The notes below the pieces were generated by a model that was not told where the DNA came from, ran no database searches, and saw only the letters and a list, made by a program, of their open reading frames with translations. The translations under genes and the position numbers were made by a program. This document shows, piece by piece, positions 7,890 to 12,115 of a DNA stretch of 12,115 bases; position 1 is the stretch's first letter, and each line of letters begins with the position of its first letter. Source of the DNA: Fidelibacterota bacterium. GTDB lineage: Bacteria > Fidelibacterota > Marinisomatia > Marinisomatales > JABMOV01. Location of the stretch: positions 1 to 12,115 of the forward strand of contig JBHHUC010000061.1 of the NCBI GenBank assembly GCA_046861395.1. Direction: 5' to 3'.

Positions 7890-8804
7890 ATGCCAACTCA
7901 GGCCACTGTCCGTACGCTGATTTTATTTGCATTGCTGGCGGTTGGTGGATTCCATGGCTGTTCTCCCAAAGCATACATTATCAGTCAGGTCGGCGCGGTC
8001 TTTGAAAATGCCGGTGAACAATATCAGTCCGAAAATGATCCCCAGTTAGTTCGCGAGGCTTTTCCCTTCAATTTGAAGACGCTTGATATTCTTGCGGCTT
8101 CATCTCCGAATAATCGCAATATCTTATCCATTGCCGCCGCTTCCTATACCATGTATACCTATGCATTTATTCTGGAAGACGCAGATCGTATGATAGATGA
8201 AGATTATTCAGATGGGGTTGCTTTGTATGACCGGGCCCTAAATTTATTTTCAAGAGGCAAACAATATGGTACTGGGGCTCTGACTCTGACCTACCCGGAC
8301 TTTGAATCCTGGAGAAAAAATCATACTGAAGCGGCCAGTTTTACTTCCGCTGATATCTATGACCTCTACTGGTTGGCCGCAGCCACGGCCGGGTCCATAT
8401 CTGCCAGTCGCGGGAATCCCAGATATCTGGTTGAATTGCCCGATGTGGGTTGGTTGTTGGAACAGGCTATGCGTTTGGATCCGGACTGGAATAAAGGAGC
8501 TCTATATACGGCCATGATATCCTATACCATGAAACGACCCGATGCTCCGCTGGATGCTGATACCATTGCCGAAGATTATTTCAATAAAGCAGTGACCTTG
8601 TCTAAGGGGAATGATTGTGCGCCTTATCTGGCTTTGGCAGAGTCAGTCTGTGTTCAACGGCAGGAAAAAGAGCGATTTGTGACTTTGCTGAACCAGGCTC
8701 TGGCGGTGGATATCGATGCCGACACGAATCTCCGGCTGGCTAACGTATTGGCTCAGGACCGGGCTCGATGGTTATTGACAAAACTGGATGAACTGTTTTA
8801 TTGA
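7890..8804 (+). CDS. tatT: TRAP transporter T-component (TatT) lipoprotein
   Basis: The start is likely ATG 7890, 1 nt after the glyA stop. It has lipobox GGFHG|C and TatT-type motifs ENDPQLVREAFPFNLKTLD, YTMYTYAF, LYW.AA and LANVLAQDRARWLL. It lies immediately upstream of dctP-dctQM. Confidence 0.85.
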   Translation: MPTQATVRTLILFALLAVGGFHGCSPKAYIISQVGAVFENAGEQYQSENDPQLVREAFPFNLKTLDILAASSPNNRNILSIAAASYTMYTYAFILEDADRMIDEDYSDGVALYDRALNLFSRGKQYGTGALTLTYPDFESWRKNHTEAASFTSADIYDLYWLAAATAGSISASRGNPRYLVELPDVGWLLEQAMRLDPDWNKGALYTAMISYTMKRPDAPLDADTIAEDYFNKAVTLSKGNDCAPYLALAESVCVQRQEKERFVTLLNQALAVDIDADTNLRLANVLAQDRARWLLTKLDELFY

Positions 8805-8812
8805 GTAAACCT

Positions 8813-9811
8813 ATGCGAAAATTATACCCATTGTTAAGTCTGATAATGCTGCTGACCGTTACGCCGGCCAAACAGCGGATTGTAGTGAAAATGGCTACCC
8901 TGGCCCCTGAAGGTACGGACTGGTACGGCATGCTTCTGGAAATGGGCCAGTTATGGAAAGAAGCGACCAACGGTGAAGTCATTTTACGGATTTATCCTAA
9001 TGGGGTGGTGGGTGACGAACGGGACATGATCCGGAAAATGCGGATTGGTCAGATTCAGGCCGCCGCCATCACCACGGAAGGATTATCCGAACTGAACCCG
9101 GATATCAATGCATTCATTACACCTTTGTTGTTTGATTCCTGGGATGATGTGGATTATATCCGGGAAGCCATTGGACCGGAACTGGAAAAGGGCATTGAAG
9201 CTAACGGATTTAAGATTCTGTACTGGGCTGATGTGGGATGGGCCAATTGGTTCGCGACCAAACCCATTATTACTCCCGATGATTTAAAGGAAATGAAAAT
9301 ATTTACCTGGGCCGGAGATTACAAATCGACAGCCTTGTGGAAAAAGGGGGGATATACATCCGTTCCACTGGCTTCCATTGATGTCCTGTCCGGTTTGCAA
9401 ACCGGATTGATCAATGCCATTGGTACCAATCCCCTCGTGGCCTTATCGATGCAGTGGTTTGGCGTCGCGAATCATATGACCGATATCAAATGGGGATTAA
9501 TTACAGCTGGAGTGGTGGTTGATTTACGTACCTGGAATCGCATATCACCGGAAAACCAGCGGGCCATCATGGAAATATCCCAGTCGATCGGGCAAAAACA
9601 TCAGGAAGTGAACCGGCACAAGGACAACGAAGCCATAAAGGTCATGACCCAACACGGGTTAATTGTACATACACTGTCCGAGGAAGAAAAGGCCGAATGG
9701 AAACGGATGATTCAGACCTGGTATCCGTCTATCCGGGGATCGTTCATTCCTGCTGAAATTTTTGATAAAGTCGTCAACCTGATCAATGAAAAACGACTAA
9801 ACGATGAATAA
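8813..9811 (+). CDS. dctP: TRAP transporter substrate-binding protein (DctP family, TatP-type)
   Basis: Signal peptide followed by VKMATLAPEGTDW, LRIYPNGVVGDERDMIRKMRIGQIQAA, PIITPDDLKEMKI and DVLSGLQTGLINA. The start is ATG 8813 or the overlapping TTG at 8801. Confidence 0.92.
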   Translation: MRKLYPLLSLIMLLTVTPAKQRIVVKMATLAPEGTDWYGMLLEMGQLWKEATNGEVILRIYPNGVVGDERDMIRKMRIGQIQAAAITTEGLSELNPDINAFITPLLFDSWDDVDYIREAIGPELEKGIEANGFKILYWADVGWANWFATKPIITPDDLKEMKIFTWAGDYKSTALWKKGGYTSVPLASIDVLSGLQTGLINAIGTNPLVALSMQWFGVANHMTDIKWGLITAGVVVDLRTWNRISPENQRAIMEISQSIGQKHQEVNRHKDNEAIKVMTQHGLIVHTLSEEEKAEWKRMIQTWYPSIRGSFIPAEIFDKVVNLINEKRLNDE

Positions 9812-11600
9812 TATCCGGACCATTTTCAGAGGAACAGAAGATGGGTTGACTTTGCTTGTATTCCTGGGACTGGTATTTATTCCGTTTATTGAAACCGTGA
9901 CGCGCGTCATGGGATTAACGATTGTCCCGTCAGCACCGGTCTTAGTGCAGCATTTAACCTTATGGATAGGATTCATCGGGGCTGTCGTTGCCACCCGTCA
10001 TGGGAAATTACTGGCATTGACTACGACTTCCATCTTTGTTCCACGCAATAGATTTTCCCTGGGACACTGGTCAGCACAGGTAGTTTCCATAATTGTCGTA
10101 TCAGCTCTGGCTTACGGTGCGATTGACCTGATTTTGGTCGAATACCGATATCCCATTAATATCGCCCCCCATCTGCCGCGCTGGACAGCACTGCTGATCA
10201 TGCCCGTTGGATTTGTGGCCATTGCCATCCAGATGGGATTAAAAAGCAGTAAAACCTGGAAATATCCCATTTCCATAGCCGTGGCCGGTATTTCATTCAT
10301 CATGGTTAGCCGTTCGGCCTTTATTCATGATTTGCCCATCATTCTGTGGGTTGGATTTGGCGTTATTCTCATCGCCCTTTTCTTTGGGGCACCCATTTTC
10401 GTCGGACTTGGGGGACTGGCCCTGCTGTACTTCTGGTATGATTATGTTCCTGTTTCATCCATTGCTGCCGAAACTTACCGGATTGTTGTATCACCATCTC
10501 TACCTACCATTCCTTTATTTACCCTGGCGGGTTATTTTCTGGCCGCCAGTAAGGCCTCGGAACGAATGATGTATGTCTTTCGCAGTCTCTTTGGCTGGAT
10601 TCCGGGTGGTACACCAATTATCGTGGTTGTATTAAGCGGCTTTTTTACCGCTTTGACCGGTGGTTCCGGCGTCACAATCCTGGCACTGGGAGGAATTCTC
10701 TATCCCATCCTGAAAAAGGAAGGCTATTCCGAATCCTTCAGCATTGGATTGATTACCGTGGCCGGATCGGTAGGATTGCTGTTTCCTCCCAGTCTGCCGG
10801 CCATTGTATATGGAGTGACGGCCGGAGTATCGGTGAAAGATGTATTCATCGGCGGTTTCATTCCGGGGATTCTTTTATTGGTTTTTATTTCGGGATGGGC
10901 CGTCTATCAGGAAAAATCCCAGGGTATCACGCGGGTACCCTTTTCTATAAGGAATGTTTTATCTTCCATCTGGGATGCGAAATATGAGGCAATCATTCCT
11001 CTGCTTATCCTGACCGGAATTTTCAGCGGATACATGACCCTGGTTGAAACAGCAGCCCTGACCGTGATCTATATTTTAGTGATAGAAATTCTGGTGAACA
11101 GGGAAATCCTCTTAAAATCGATTCCGGGCATTATTCTAGAATGTGCCGCCCTCATCGGTGGCGTACTCATTATTCTGGGAGTGGCCATGGGACTGACTAG
11201 CTATCTAGTCGATGCGCAAATCCCTTATCTGTTATCAACCTGGGTGAAAACGGCAATTACGTCTAAATATGTGTTTCTCCTGGCACTGAATATTTTACTT
11301 CTAGTGGTTGGGTGCCTGATGGATATCTTTTCAGCCATCATTGTGATTGTACCCTTGATTGCCCCCTTAGGCCAGTATTTCGGAATTCACCCCGTTCATT
11401 TGGCAGTCATTTTTATTGCAAATCTGGAGCTGGGCTTTCTGACTCCGCCGGTGGGTATGAATCTCTTTTTATCGGCGTATCGTTTTAATAAGTCAATGCC
11501 GGAGCTCTACCGAGCTACCTGGCCCTTTTTCATTGTCCGTATCATTGCAGTTTTATTGATAACTTATATTCCTATTATAACGTTATGGTTGGTCCTTTGA
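9804..11600 (+). CDS. dctM: TRAP transporter fused small/large permease (DctQM)
   Basis: The N-terminal ~170 aa are DctQ-like (LVQHLTLWIGFIGAVVATRHGKLL, PRW..LIMPVGF). DctM motifs follow: IPLFTLAGYFL, FFTALTGGSG, GSVGLLFPPSLP and NLELGFLTPPVGMNLF. It overlaps the dctP stop by 8 nt. Confidence 0.93.
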   Translation: MNNIRTIFRGTEDGLTLLVFLGLVFIPFIETVTRVMGLTIVPSAPVLVQHLTLWIGFIGAVVATRHGKLLALTTTSIFVPRNRFSLGHWSAQVVSIIVVSALAYGAIDLILVEYRYPINIAPHLPRWTALLIMPVGFVAIAIQMGLKSSKTWKYPISIAVAGISFIMVSRSAFIHDLPIILWVGFGVILIALFFGAPIFVGLGGLALLYFWYDYVPVSSIAAETYRIVVSPSLPTIPLFTLAGYFLAASKASERMMYVFRSLFGWIPGGTPIIVVVLSGFFTALTGGSGVTILALGGILYPILKKEGYSESFSIGLITVAGSVGLLFPPSLPAIVYGVTAGVSVKDVFIGGFIPGILLLVFISGWAVYQEKSQGITRVPFSIRNVLSSIWDAKYEAIIPLLILTGIFSGYMTLVETAALTVIYILVIEILVNREILLKSIPGIILECAALIGGVLIILGVAMGLTSYLVDAQIPYLLSTWVKTAITSKYVFLLALNILLLVVGCLMDIFSAIIVIVPLIAPLGQYFGIHPVHLAVIFIANLELGFLTPPVGMNLFLSAYRFNKSMPELYRATWPFFIVRIIAVLLITYIPIITLWLVL

Positions 11601-11623
11601 ACAAGGGTGGGAACAATCACATG

Positions 11624-11673
11624 GCCGAAACATATCTTGACTGAACATTCAGGCCCAAGATATATTTGCCGGC
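11624..11673. other. Long imperfect inverted repeat (stem-loop) downstream of dctQM
   Basis: GCCG (11624-27) pairs with CGGC (11670-73), ATATCTTG (11632-39) with CAAGATAT (11656-63), and CTGA (11641-44) with TCAG (11649-52), around loop ACAT. No U-tract follows on the + strand. Function unknown. Confidence 0.5.
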
Positions 11674-11764
11674 ACAAAAACAGGAGTAGTTAGTCGAATA
11701 ATCGATATCAGTTTGTTTCCGTCGGGGATCACCGACACTAATCGATAAAGTGGAGATACAATTC

Positions 11765-12115
11765 ATGAAGCGAATTTTCTTATTATTCGCACTACTTCTT
11801 ATGCTGCCATATACCATCATGGCCCAGAGCGAGGCAGGTGCTATTTTTCTTCTGATTGCACCGGGTGCGCGTGCCGGTGGGATGGGTGAAGCCCAAGTGG
11901 CCGTCGCCGATGATGCTTACGCAAGTTACTGGAATCCTGCCGGACTGGGATTCCAAAAAGGCACTGAACTGGGGTTCATGCATGTCAACTGGCTACCTAA
12001 TCTTGCAGATGATATATATTACGAATTTTTTACCATGCGTCATCATATTCCCATGCTGGGAACACTGGGCGGTCATATAATCTTCCTGAACCTGGGACAG
12101 CAACAGCGCACCGGC
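11765..12115 (+). CDS. porV: PorV/PorQ-family outer-membrane protein (T9SS shuttle-like), 3'-truncated by the window
   Basis: Not in the ORF track because no stop falls in the window. Manual translation from ATG 11765 (GGAG at 11752-55): MKRIFLLFALLLMLPYTIMAQSEAGAIFLLIAPGARAGGMGEAQVAVADDAYASYWNPAGLGFQKGTELGFMHVNWLPNLADDIYYEF... This has a signal peptide plus the PorV hallmarks FLLIAP.ARA.GMG, WNPA and WL..L..DI. Confidence 0.85.
   Translation, partial: MKRIFLLFALLLMLPYTIMAQSEAGAIFLLIAPGARAGGMGEAQVAVADDAYASYWNPAGLGFQKGTELGFMHVNWLPNLADDIYYEFFTMRHHIPMLGTLGGHIIFLNLGQQQRTG

Noticed and set aside
11621..11644. Tiny ORF MAETYLD* with a purine-rich upstream stretch, overlapping hairpin 1 (possible leader peptide)
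   Set aside because: Seven codons with no amino-acid run or other support. This is expected by chance.
11624..11680. Hairpin as an intrinsic terminator
   Set aside because: It is followed by ACAAAAA rather than a U-tract on +, and has no convincing U-tract 3' of it on the minus strand. It is kept only as an unexplained structure.
1..12115. CRISPR arrays, IS/transposase, integrase, prophage, tRNA/rRNA, defence systems
   Set aside because: No regularly spaced repeats, terminal inverted repeats or relevant protein motifs were seen. The window is almost entirely coding with housekeeping, envelope and transport genes.

Overview
This window is a compact, all-plus-strand gene cluster from a diderm bacterium of the FCB superphylum. 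Marinimicrobia/Marinisomatota or a related lineage is my best guess, inferred from the PorV homolog, an FCB-type GlyA insertion and Bacteroidota-like gene families. Gene order: rodA (5'-truncated), a CpoB/YbgF-like TPR protein, a truncated GT5 'glycogen synthase' lacking KTGG, a DUF4270-like lipoprotein, a FadL-like outer-membrane beta-barrel ending WFIKRRQL, a Cys-rich TPR protein, glyA, a TPAT-type TRAP transporter (tatT, tatP/dctP, fused dctQM), a 164-nt structured intergenic region, and a PorV-family gene (3'-truncated, missed by the ORF track). The most notable observation is that the lipoprotein and barrel resemble the Bacteroidota BAM accessory subunits BamH (DUF4270) and BamG. As I recall, these sit at separate loci in Bacteroidota. 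Here they overlap in one operon with their usual neighbours (GT5 half-enzyme, TPR protein). All family assignments come from motif recognition without database searches. No mobile elements, CRISPR arrays, rRNA or tRNA genes were seen.
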